From positions 41,850,001 to 41,914,000 of the forward strand of contig NC_045138.2 in assembly GCF_008831285.2 (NCBI RefSeq): a stretch of 64,000 nucleotides of DNA. Reading direction: 5' to 3'. Position 1 is the stretch's first letter. Each line of letters opens with the position of its first letter. The DNA comes from Nymphaea colorata. Lineage: Eukaryota. This document shows positions 52,122 to 64,000 of this stretch, in pieces. The position numbers and the translations under genes are program-made. The notes beneath the pieces are model-generated. The model searched no databases, was not told where the DNA came from, and worked only from the letters and a program-made list of their open reading frames with translations.

Positions 52122-52468
52122 CTGCAAGAATCCAAAGACTTACATGAACAAATCACCTGGCATCTGGCTTCATTGTAATATTGAAGTAATATCCTTTATG
52201 CTACCATTACTTCCTCAGGATCTTTGTAACCCATACACAACACGTTTATCTTGCATTGTCATATTTTTACATTCTAGAACATCCATGCAGTAAATGGTGG
52301 TTAAATGGCATACATGTATCCAGGAATATCCATGATTAACCTTTGCCCCCTTCTATTCATCAAATTGAACTGGTTAATAAACGATAACTACTTGAGCATA
52401 TCATGAACAAAAGTATTCTCAAGATCCTAGATCAACCAGCATACCATAGAATTGGATCTCAAACTTGC

Positions 52469-52614
52469 CTGTATGCGTGCTTTTTGAACTTCTCTGCTAC
52501 AGAAAGCAAGGTTTCTATGTATTTGTTCCTTCCCTCTGCCTTCGAATCCAAAATATCAGGCAGGAAAGCAACAAAGCATATAGCAGATGTTGCACACTTC
52601 TCTTCCATCACAGT
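52469..52614 (-). CDS. PDIL2-3: PDI-like exon with GC donor
   Basis: TAG acceptor. TVMEEKCATSAICFVAFLPDILDSKAEGRNKYIETLLSVAEKFKKHAY. Ends AG|GCAAGT, which gives the phase required by the next exon. Confidence 0.88.
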
Positions 52615-52719
52615 CTAGCAGAGACGAATGGAATTTAAGTTTAGTTACTATAAATGTAATTTTATGCCTAAACGTGAAGCAGATGATAAAACTTGAAGCA
52701 GATGACAGAAGGCACTCAC

Positions 52720-52896
52720 CGGGCTAGTCAGCTCATTTACTTCAACTGGCTGAACAATAGTCTCAAGTTGCTCGATTGCAAATCTTTCTATTGCTGAAGC
52801 AGCCCTTTCACCCTCGTAAGGATAAGGGCTATCCTTGTCAGCACCAAACACCAAAATGGTGGGGAATCCTTGAACATTGTACCTGCTCATAAGGGA
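52720..52896 (-). CDS. PDIL2-3: PDI-like exon
   Basis: CAG acceptor and GTGAGT donor. SLMSRYNVQGFPTILVFGADKDSPYPYEGERAASAIERFAIEQLE. 177 bp. Confidence 0.92.
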
Positions 52897-54160
52897 CTGA
52901 TGACCAGAGTGTAAGAGGATACTTGGCAATCTCCTTAAGAAAATATTAAGTTCAGACAGAAGAACTTTCTAGTTGCAAACATGATCCTGTCCATCCGTGA
53001 GAAGTTAGAACGTAATGAGAAAGCATTTCAAATGATAAAAGCACCAGAAATGCATGAATGCCTAAACAGTTTGCACAAAATCAGTCACCGACGCCTTTGG
53101 CATTGTTGAATAGTATCTTGCACAAATATATTTTTTACATCCATGAGCAGGTGTGTGCACTTGTGGGCAGGAGTAACAGATGTTTCCATGGTAAATAATC
53201 TGACATATCTGCAGACATGAACTAGGACTTCCTTGATATGTCATTGTATCATTTTTCCATTTTACCCTTACCAGTTATCCATGAACAGAGGGTAGCAATA
53301 CAAGGCCTTTATTGGGATCGCACAATTTCATATGACAAACTAGCTCAAGTAATTTAACCCAACCTTAGGAAATGACAGGCTAAGTCAAGATTCCAGATTC
53401 ATGCTACTAACTGTTGGAGCAAACCAGGAGCATGTAAAAGAATGTTCCTTAGGGGAGGAAATATGCAAGACATTCAGCTGACAACAAAAAGACCAGACTT
53501 GGTTTCTGTCAAAGAACATGTCCTTTTACTGGATCCCACAATTTCACATTATAACAAAAAATTTCCATTGAAAGTAATAAAAAACAAACTAAGTCCAACC
53601 TTAGGAAATCGCAGACGCAAACTAGGTCAACTGGCTAAAGGAGGTGGTAAATTAATAGATCTTTAGGGAGAAATACGCAGAAGCTACTAAAATATGTCTG
53701 TCCATGTGCATACACGTAACATATATATGCATCTTATAGGTGTATTTTAAGTTCATGTACTTTTTTTTCCTTTTCATATTTGTGCCTTTTTTCCTGTTTT
53801 CTGTTTGGTCAGGGACTCAGGATTGAGCATTGACCATTGGCTGGACGAGCCGTTTCCAACAGCTCTGCTTGCATTATCCATGCATCTTCTAAGCATATTC
53901 AATCATATCCAGATTATTTTCCTCTCTTTCCAGTGGCATTGTGCACTTCATGGGATAACCCATTGTGCTCAAGCATTGAGAAGCCCTATGGAGTGTAAGC
54001 CTTGTGTTAGAACATCTTGCAAGGATCGAGACCATGCAAAGAAATTGTGACATCTAAGGGCCCATTTGAGTCATACAAGGCTTTTGGTGGATGATATTAA
54101 ATAAAAGAGCAAATCGAGAAGATAAACCAATAATGAAAGGGTATTTAAGGAAGATGGAAT

Positions 54161-54627
54161 CATAGTTGGCAAACCCGTGACCTAGCATCCCTCTTAGTAG
54201 AATGGGTGGAAGAACTGGAGCCCCTAAAAAATCTATCCTGTTTGCATTCCCACATGCATTACCCTCATTGAATGATGAACAAATCAGAAGTGAAGAAACA
54301 GCAGTAGCAGATCAGCTGAAGATTGGTTCAGTGGGTCAGACGGTTGACTCAGCGACTCGTTATTCTTTAGGTCATAAGTTTTTAAAGTGCATTTTTTCTA
54401 TATGAATAACATGTATGAGAGTATTTGACTATTTGCACATATTTAGTAAAGTTTGTAATATTTCGAAATTCTAAAAATAACAACAGTATTTAGTCATACA
54501 AGACAAAAAAGAACATGTAATTAGTTGAGATCACAGCTGACTCAGCAATAACTCATGACCCAGTGAATGGATGATCCTAGCAGACTTTGGCGACTCACAA
54601 CTTGGATCGGCGTGTTTGCCAACTATG
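54161..54627. mobile_element. MITE (hAT-like) in PDI intron
   Basis: Perfect 14-bp TIRs CATAGTTGGCAAAC / GTTTGCCAACTATG, repeated GACTC motifs and an AT-rich core. The 8-bp flanks match only 5/8. Confidence 0.7.
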
Positions 54628-55488
54628 ATTGGAAATTGGAATCATATACAGGAGACAAAAGTACAGTTTGTAGAGGCTCTATCACAGGGAACAAGCCATT
54701 AGGTGTACGCCCCTAGAGGCATGAGTAGACTGATCTACACAAACACAATACGTAAAGACATATTTTAGATGTTGTCACAAACATTGCTGTTTCTGTTTTT
54801 TCCCAAAATATTACATTAGAAACAAAAAAATTGAAGAAACCAAAAGAAGTGGAAAGGTGAGAAATATTATTAAAACCAATGAAAAATGTCACAAAAATTT
54901 TGTTTTTATTGAGATATTTTTACAAGTTTTTCCAAAAAGCTATTATTAACATATCTCATCTTTGGGCTTCCTTAATGTATCAATAATTATCTGGATTTTT
55001 TTAAAATACTTTTGTAAGAATTTTAGTAGGAGACTTATAGTATCAAAAAATTTTCTATTATTATTATTTATTTTTTCATCTTCTCAATCTCAAGAATTTC
55101 CAAAGAAAAGTAAGCTTCCTGCTTAATATCCAAGAACAATTTCACAGTTGAAAACTCCATAATATCTGTGATAATTATTTCAACACTATTTATTAGTTTC
55201 TGAGGAATGTGATTACTTTATTAGCATTTCATGATTCTAATTACTTTCCACCAAATGGATTTTAATCTTTAAAAAATTATAAAACGGACTTTATCGACGA
55301 CAAATAAAAATTTCAGTGAGGAATTGCCCATGATTATTGAGATGTGGAAGTCCCAATAACCAAGTTCATTCATGAATTTCCCATTATACAAAAAAGTTAG
55401 AAGATATTGACATGTGGAGGTCCTAACTCCTAATAACCTAGTTCAGTTGCAAATTAGGGATAAGATCAACATTAGACAAATGAAGTAC

Positions 55489-55588
55489 CTTTTCAGCATC
55501 GCAATCAACGTGGCCTAATTTAACTTTCCCTTTTAAGTTATTTGAAGCCTTTTTCCACTCTGGAGCAAGTTTCTTACAATGTCCACAC
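55489..55588 (-). CDS. PDIL2-3: PDI-like exon with second CGHC active site
   Basis: ACAG acceptor. (W)CGHCKKLAPEWKKASNNLKGKVKLGHVDCDAEK. GT donor. 100 bp. Confidence 0.93.
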
Positions 55589-56753
55589 CTGTAACAGGAC
55601 AAAATAAGACTTATAACCTGCAATTTCATATCATTGACAAACCAGTTCAGGATAAACATGCTCATAGGAAATGAACTCATGAACACAATATCCACAGAAT
55701 GAAAACACTATGCAGGAATGGTGACCAACCACAGACACAAACACACATGAACACATGCATGCGTGTACATGCACAGCACATGCACAACCACACATAAATA
55801 CATGCATCCTCACACACACGTACCAAATCAAGACCCAACAAATGCCTCAGAAATCAGCTGAATCAATGTGCACACGTCTGTTATAAAACACGTCAAGTAA
55901 AGAAGTAATAAAAAAATTTGTATTCCCAAAAACAGTGTCTATTATTCTATGCAACATTAAGCCCCTTTGTGTTACACTTTTCAGTTTGTTCAAGATAAAT
56001 TAGTTCAAACTGACATTTTCACTATGTAAACAGGAAAAAGGGGAGAGAGAGAGAGATAACAATGATGATGATTATGATAATAAAAACAAGGGAGTCGCCT
56101 TAAATTTTCTACTCCACAAGAATGAGACCTCTCTCAAGGTATTTGATACAAAAGATTTATTAGTTGATATGGAATAATTTGCTTAGTATTACCGCTCTTA
56201 GAACATAATAGAGAGATTGTGCTAACTAAATTACATGAACAGTCCACTATTCCTTACAGATGATCTAGTCAACCTTGTGACTTATTCCTGCAGCATGTAT
56301 GAAATAGAAATTCACCCAAAAGCAGTAGTTTCTACATAGCCTTTTATCATGTTCTGATCAAAGAACTGGAGTTATTCATTGGTGGCAAGATGGACCGTGG
56401 GAGATGGAGGGTGGCAAAGTATCTTACTGATATTGGCTTCCAACATGTTATGGTGAAAACTATGTGCTGCTAAATACTTTATGGATTCACTGCAAACTTT
56501 TGAAATGGAAAAAAAAAAGGTAGTCTTGCTATATCCACTATCAGACCACTCTTCTCTCTCTTGCTCTCCCTTAGATTTCTCGATTCTTTTCTCAGAAAAA
56601 TTTGCAGAAAATCTCCTAGAAAAAAAAAATCTTTGTGTATCATGATCTTAACAGAACATTAATACCCACAGCCACAACTACATGCATTTTTTTAAAACTT
56701 TATAGGGGTTATGCATATATATAGTTATATCCTATATGACTTTAATTACTAAC

Positions 56754-56911
56754 CATGGAGCATAAAATTCAACCATCCATAATTCTTTGCTTTTAAGGAC
56801 AACTTCATCGAAGTTTCGAGAATTGAGCTCTACTGATGCACTTGGTTCATTCTTCTCACTGGAGCCACCAGTTGCCTTGCCATTTAAGCGATCCTTCAAA
56901 AGGAGCTTAAC
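56754..56911 (-). CDS. PDIL2-3: PDI-like exon (most 5' exon visible; gene continues beyond window)
   Basis: GGCAG acceptor. VKLLLKDRLNGKATGGSSEKNEPSASVELNSRNFDEVVLKSKELWMVEFYAP(W). TG|GTTAGT donor joins G-TGT of the next exon to give WCGHC. Not in the ORF track; translated by hand. Confidence 0.9.
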
Positions 56912-57051
56912 CTGCCGAAGAACAATGCATTAGTTCTATTAAAAAAGAAAGTGAGAAAGAGGCAAAACTTTTGTAGTAATTAAGTAACAAGGAGAATTAG
57001 GTAAAGAAGAAAAAATGTGAAAAAAGTTATATGCTACCCAGACACAGTTAG

Positions 57052-60000
57052 TGATAAGATGTTGGATCTAATCTGATCCAGATCCAGCACGTCTACTGAT
57101 TCAGATCCAACACGTCTAACCATGTCTGAATGCATTTATCTAGGCAGGGATATGATTGTAATTTCTGTAATTGTTTTATTCTCGACTCTAGGTTATTGTA
57201 TTGCTTCACTCTAGGCTCTAGATTATTGTGATTGTTTCATTCTAGATTCTTGTAAAATGTGTAGATGAATCAATATATAAATGGTCTGTGTGAGAATGTA
57301 AAATCTCACCTCCCTTCCTCATTTCGCTTTTCCTGTTTTCTCTCTCATCTTCTTGCTGAATCTGAACGTGGGTTATACTTCGACACCCACAATCTTGCAT
57401 GGTATCAGAGTAAGGTCTGGCTGGTTCTACCAAGGAGAATGTTTAAACAGACTTGAAATCTCCTGCTTGGTTTTTTCTTATACCCCTTCTAACATTCTGC
57501 TCCTAATCCTTCATCTATCTTGACAACACTCTTATATTTCTGTTAGTATATATCTACATTGATAGATATATAATTTATCATGGATAATCTCTCCCAATCC
57601 AGTATGTCTTCCAACTTCTTACCACACCTTATTTCTGAAAAAATGAACCACTCCAACTACCTTACCTGGAAAAGGCAGATCACTCCTTTCATAAGGAGTC
57701 AGGATCTATACTGGCATTTTGATGGCTCCATTCTAATCCCACCACAGTTCATTCAACAAGAGGTTAAGAATGAGAGAGGAGAGACAATTTCCACTCAGGA
57801 AATTTGTAACCCTCAATTTATAACATGGATGAAACGAGATCCATATCTTGTTTGCGTGTATCACATCAACGCCCTCTTAAGAAGTGTTGATTTCTCTTTC
57901 TGATGACTGTACAGCAGGACAGTTATGGATCAGTCTTGCTGAAACCTATTCTCAAATTTCAAAGGCACGTATTCTATATTTGAAGAAAGAATTTCAGAAT
58001 CTCAGCAAAAGGTCAACGTTGATTATGGAATATTTGGGGCATCTTAAAGGGATAGCTGATCAGTTGGGAGTTGTTGGATATGTTGTTTTCGACGAAGAAA
58101 AAGTCCAATAGACTTTTAGCGGCCTTGGATCAGATTTTTATGCCTTCACTACTACTCTTGAAGTTCTACTTATCTTGCCCACCTTCAATGAACTTTAGGG
58201 CAAGTTGCTTCAACATGAAACAACTGATGAGAGGAACAAACCAAGGTAATGCTCACAATGTTTTTAGTTATGGAAGTTGCTGCAGGTCATAGAAAAGGAA
58301 ATGGGGCTTATCAAGGAGGCATGAATCGTGGGCATGATGAACAAAATGGCAAAGGTATTCTGCCAACACCAAGTGTTACAAGCAGATTTCAAACTAATAC
58401 AACAAAAAAGGTGCCAACGTGTTTCCAATGTAACAAGAACGGTCACATCAGAGCAAATTGCTGGTTCAATCAACAAAACAGAGGCAATAAACCTGAAGTT
58501 GAACAGAATATCAAACTCCCACCAGCTGATGTACAACAAATACTTATGACTGCCCTCTCCAAGATGACAATGAAACAAAATGATCAAGGCGAATGGTATT
58601 TGGATTTAGGTGTTGCTACTCATGTAATTGGAAATGCTGGTAAGTTACATGACTTTTTTCCTTATTCTGGTAAAAGTAATATAGTTACAGCCTTACAGGT
58701 GTCAGAAAGTTTTCATCCTATCACACATATTGGAATGCACAAATTTCTCTTCCAACATCACCATTTCCACTATCTTTGTCAAATGTTGCCCTTGCTCCAA
58801 ATATCAAAAAGAATATTATTTTCATTTCTAAACTTGTAGATGATACAAACTCATCTGTTGAATTTACTTCATCTTCTATGTATGTCAAGGATCTTCTAAT
58901 GAAAAAAACATTCGCTAAAGGGAAACGCCAAGAAAATATGTATGTCTTCAAGGAAAATCTTTATTTCTTACAGTCCTCTTCAAGTCCAGCTCAATTGACA
59001 TTCTTTCCTTCCAACGCACCTTCACAAATTCCAAGTTCCAGTTGTCTACAATCAGACGTCAATAAGTCAAATTTATGGCATGGTCGTATGGGACATTGTA
59101 GTCATGAGTTTTTAGAAAAACTTGCATAAGATAATCTCATTCCAAAATCCAGTCTATCCTTTGATTCCTATGACAAACAATGTTCTAGTTGCGAACTATG
59201 TAAGAGTCATATACTTCCTTTTCATAATATTAATAAAAGAGCTTCTAAACCTTTTGATATTGTCTATTATGATGTATGGGGGCCAGATCCCATTGATTCC
59301 TTGTCTAGCTCTCGCTATTATGTTTTGTTCATAGATTCTTATTCTCGATGTACTTGGATTCACTTCATGAAACAAAAATCAAAAGTGTTTAGTATCTTTC
59401 AAAAATTTCATGCCATGATCCAAACACAGTTTTTGTCTAAAGTTGTGCATTTCCATTGTGATGGTAGGAGGGGGAATATTCTTCACATGACTTTATTAAC
59501 TTTTTACGAAAAAATGAGATAACACCCCACAAAAAAATGGTGTAACTGAATGGAAACATCGTCACATCGTGGAAAGTGGTATGAATATGATGCATGATAG
59601 TAATACTCCTATTACTCTATGGACAAAGGCTTTTCACACCGCTGTACATATAATAAATCATCTGTCCATGACAATTTTGGATTCAAAATCTCCTTACTTC
59701 ACTCTTTTTGGTTGCAATCTAAACTATAATGATTTAAGGGTTTTCAGATGTGTGTGCTATGTTCACATTGACTCATCATTGAGAAATAAATTTCAGAGTA
59801 AAGCAGTGCAGTGCAGGTAGGTTGGCTATGCAGATGAATACAAATGTTTAGATGTAATGACCCTACAACCAGACACATCAAAGTATCAAGAAATGTTGTG
59901 TTTGACGAACACAATTTTAACATTTATACTGAGAATTCTCAACCCATGGAATCATATGATCCTTGGGTAAGTGCTGAGTTATTTGCAGGAGGTAGTCCAG

Positions 60001-62144
60001 AATTTCATCCACATGATGAGATAGGATCTTCACATATCACACAAACAGAAGGAAACAAAGAACTTGTTCCAGCTGTGAAAGAAGGAGAAAACAATGTTTC
60101 ATGTCGATTTTCAGGACAGGTTTACACTCGTCAGAAAAGAAGGATAGACGGCAATCCGACCTCTTCCCATGTTGAAGTCTATAATCAGCCTGTTAGAAGA
60201 TCTGTGCGAGTGCAACACCCCATTCTTAGATGGGTAAGTTATGATAATCTTTCCTTAGATTTTCAGCTCTTTATGTCTCAAGTTATAAAACAAGATGAAC
60301 ATACTTCTTTTGAGGAGGCATCCAAGTCGTCGCATTGGATCAAGGCAATGAATGAAGAAATAGATGCATTACATGAATGTGGGACATGGAAAGTTGTTCC
60401 TAGACCCAAAGAAAAGAATGTAGTAGGATCGAAATGGATTTATAAAGTTAAATATAAACCTGATGGCAGTGTGGAAAGATACAAGGCAAGATTGGTGGCA
60501 CAAGGCTTCACACACAATTTGGAGAAGATTATGATGAGACATTCAGCTCTGTGATCAAAATGGGAACGATCCGTGTGATTATATCATTGGCAGTTGAATA
60601 TGGATGGAGACTACATCAAATAGACGTCAAGAATGTTTTTCTTCATGATGATTTGAGGGAGGAAGTATATATGGAACAACCTACAGGTTATACGAAAGGA
60701 GACTCTCATGCATGGGTTTGTAAACTAAGAAAATCTATTTATGGACTCAAACAGGCCTCACGCTCACGGTTTGACAGTTTCTCCTGCAAGATTCAAGAAT
60801 GTGGTTTTCGGAGATGTCCTCTAGATCACTCTCTTTTCATTTATAAAAGGAAAAAATATTTATTTACTTCTTATATATGTTGATGATATTGTCATCACAG
60901 GCAATTCAGAAAAACGCATAGAAGAAGCTAAAGTTTTGATGATGCAAAACTTCAAAATGAAAGAGCTTGGTGATTTACGATTCTTTCTTGGAGTGGAGAT
61001 TGATAGGCACAATAATCGCCTCCCATTGACAGAACAGAAATTCATGTTGGATCTGTTGAAAAAGGCAGGTATGTCTGATTGTAAGCCTGTTGGAACTCCT
61101 AGTGTTCTAAATCAAAGACTAAGTGCTCAGGATGAGGAGTTATATGAAAATCCTACACAATATCGAAGTATTGTTGGGGCACTTCAATATCTTACATTCA
61201 CTAGACCATATATTATATATGTTGTGAATCAAGTATCTCAATTTATGCATGCACTTAGAGATACTCACATGGATGCTGTCAAAAGAATATTAAGATATCT
61301 AAAAGGGACGGCAGGAGATGGCTTAGTTTATGGTAAGAGTGGAAATATAATTGTTGGACATCAACTTATGACATTCACAGATGCAGATTGGGCTGGAGAT
61401 CCCGATCAAAGATCTGATTTTTGTATTTTCATTGGACGTAAACTTGTGTCTTGGAGTTGTCAAAACAAAAGGCAGTGGCAAGATCCAGCACTGAAGTTGA
61501 ATACAAATGCATGGTTGCAGGTGCTGTTGAAGTTACATGGGTTAGACATTTGCTAGAAGACATTGGAGAAAAGATTAAAACGTCAATGTTAATGTGTGAT
61601 AATCAAAGCGCTATTAACATTGCTTTTAATCTCATACAACATGGTCGAACAAAGCACATTGAGATTGATCAACACTTTATTAGACAAAAGGTGGAAGACA
61701 AGGAGATTCAGCCTATTTATGTTCGTACAGATGAACAAGTTGCAGACTTATTTACAAAAGGACTACCGAAGCAACGATTCTGGTTTCTAAAAGGCAAGTT
61801 GTACATGGTGCAAAACCATATACAACTTGAGGGAGGATGATAAGATGTTGGATCTAATCTGATCCAGATTCAACACGTCTAACCATGTCTGAACGCATTT
61901 ATCTAGGCAGGGTTATGATTGTAATTTCTGTAATTATTTTATTCTAGACTTTAGGCTATTGTGTTGCTTCACTCTAGGCTCTAGATTATGGTGATTGTTT
62001 CATTCTAGATTCTTGTAAAATGTTTGGGCTGTGTGAGAATGTAAAATCTCACCTCCCTTCCTCATTTCTCTTTTCCTGTTCTCTCTCTATCTTTCCTTTG
62101 CTGAATCTGAACGTGGGTTATACTTCGACACCCAAAATCTTACA
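57052..62144 (+). mobile_element. Full-length degenerate Ty1/copia element in PDI intron
   Basis: 5' LTR 57052-57399 and 3' LTR 61838-62144. Exact TSD GTTAG at 57047-57051 and 62145-62149. PBS TGGTATCAGAG at 57400. PPT GAGGGAGGA at 61829-61837. Confidence 0.95.
57580..61840 (+). pseudogene. Copia gag-pol, multiply frameshifted
   Basis: [80 protein letters not shown] and HGRTKHIEIDQHFIR are spread over many ORF fragments. Confidence 0.92.
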
Positions 62145-63288
62145 GTTAGGATTGTGATTATATCATTATAGTGTTACTTTCAGTTATTTTTCATAAATAA
62201 TTGTACTTCTGTGATAATGGACTATTAGTAAAGGAATTTTAATCATTTTCTGGTCCTCTTATATATTTGACTTCTCTGTTGAATGTTGATAAAGAAAAGT
62301 TAGCAACACAATCTCTCCTTTGTGAGCATCATGAAGGTATTCACCTGAACTCTTGCATCCCCCCTCTTCAACCATAATTAAGGTCTAAGGTGAAAAAGTT
62401 TACAAGGTTCTAGAGCAGGTGTCAGGTGTGTTCCTTGGTACGGTCCAAATCTCTCTCTCTCTCTCTTTTTCTCTCTCTCTTGTGTCATTCATCATTTTCC
62501 TCAGTTAGTGTACAAGCTCTTTATTAAGCTGCTTCTTCATCTGTAAGAAACAGATCTCAATCCTCTGGTCATCTGCCCATCCAGCCCCTCACATGCAGCA
62601 TGATGCATTGCATTGTGCTGCGTGAGAGAGGGGCCGGATGGATAGATTGCCAAAAGATTTCAGTACATATAAATAAATGAATAAAATGGTCTACAGACAA
62701 GGAAACTAGCAATACAATTGTTCACCAGTAATAAAAATAGAAACTCATGATTAACAAACTATGATTTTATCAATGATGCAGTAGAAAGAAAGCAATTGTT
62801 TCTTGTTGCACCCAAGCTCACCCAAGAAACACCCAAGCCACACCTGTCATGACTCGGGTGCAGCAATCTTTTTGAAAAGTCAGTGTTACATAGATCCAAA
62901 GATATGACTACTTTATAAAAGAGAAGACAGAAGACCAAACAATGGAGACAAGATTTGTAGGATCATTAAACCAGGTTGCAGATATGATAACCAAGGGGCT
63001 TAGTAACGGTAGCTTATAGTTTTGAAGAATTTGTCCTTGATAAAATGGATATGTACAACTAGTGGGAGGCTGTTAGGATTGTGATCGTGTTATCTTCTGC
63101 AATTCTACAAAAATATTTGTATTTCTGTGGTAATCAAAACTGTGTAAATTCTAGTTATTCGCAATAACCCTAGTGAAAAGCCTTCTATATCTAATGTTAA
63201 TAAAGAAAGATCTAAGCACCTTCTCCCCTTCATCATGGTCCCTTTCTGGCATCCTTGTGAACTCTCTCTGCCTCTTCAGCCCTAAACA
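62145..63288 (+). mobile_element. Older short non-autonomous copia derivative (two diverged ~220-bp LTRs, RNase H tail only)
   Basis: GTTAGGATTGTGAT (62145) matches TGTTAGGATTGTGAT (63071), with shared AATGTT.ATAAAGAAA, TGAACTCT and CCTCTTCA blocks. FIKEKTEDQTMETRFVGSLNQVADMITKGLS near 62912-63005. Purine tract before 63071 and CA at 63288. Confidence 0.6.
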
Positions 63289-63451
63289 AGGTAGTGTGCT
63301 CAAAAAGTATGCAACAGTTTATGAATATTTAAGGTGTCAGTGTTTTACGTGACCAGCCAATCTTTGTGGACAGAGCTGGATAGGCCTTGATACATGATAA
63401 TGGAGAAGTAAATGTTAGGAAAAGGTAAATGCTTGTTGCTAGTCCAAAAAG

Positions 63452-64000
63452 TGTTAAGATTGTACAAATTGGATCGGGTCTACAGACCCAATCCATCTTG
63501 CCCATATACCCAAACATAATGGGCGGTGGCATACTTGTAAATACTTGTTGTTTTTGTATTTACTTGTAACATACATTAGGTTATATTAATGACAAGGAGG
63601 AAGGGCCACGGTTCCTGCCCTCTTTTCTTCTCTCTCTCTATTGCACGTGCAGTCACCTTCTCTTCTTCTCTTCTCGCATCTACAAAGGATTCAATCCAGT
63701 GATTTGGCATAATATCTCAAAATCTTACATGGTATCAGAGCCAGGCTATTGCCACTGAGATTGTCCGGTAAGAAGTCTCATTATCTGCCCTAATTTCTGT
63801 TTTCTGCCCCAACCCTAAAATCTCTGCGCTAATTTCTGTTTTTCTGCCCTAACCCTAAAATCCCTTGATCATTGCCCTACCCTAAAATCTCTACCCTAAT
63901 TTCTACCCTAACCTTAAAATCTTTGACCTAACCCTAAAATCCTTGATCTCTGCCCTTGTTCTTGACGTCTGCCCTAATCTAAAATTCTCATTTTTCTGGT
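63452..64000 (+). mobile_element. 5' end of another LTR retrotransposon (runs off window)
   Basis: LTR 63452-63729 (TGTTAAGATT...AATCTTACA), PBS TGGTATCAGAGCC at 63730, then a leader with repeated CCCTAA motifs. LTR start inferred from the inverted terminus only. Confidence 0.75.

Overview
Flowering-plant nuclear DNA, AT-rich and dominated by transposable elements. Three spliced host genes can be reconstructed from splice sites and reading phase: (1) a complete p47-type plant UBX-domain gene (PUX3/4/5 group, + strand, 4 exons, 15056-25243, 398 aa); (2) a complete HT1-like Raf-type Ser/Thr kinase (- strand, 3 exons, 31918-26889, 361 aa); (3) the last six exons of a PDIA6/P5-type protein disulfide isomerase (PDIL2-2/2-3 group, - strand, ends in KDEL, one GC-AG intron, 5' exons beyond the window). 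Repeats include two full-length but mutated Ty1/copia elements with exact 5-bp TSDs in host introns, two very long solo LTRs (4.2 and 3.4 kb, exact TSDs, internal tandem arrays), two decayed LINEs, an old copia remnant, a Harbinger-type Myb/SANT remnant, MITEs and microsatellites. The most unusual object is at 6495-7940: an LTR + PPT + gypsy pol tail whose interior is a chain of sense-oriented, apparently intron-free host gene fragments (40S ribosomal protein S3 N-terminus, insulin-degrading enzyme, At1g77800-like PHD/ePHD protein), with the first two fused in one reading frame. All family assignments come from my recognition of motifs, not from database searches.
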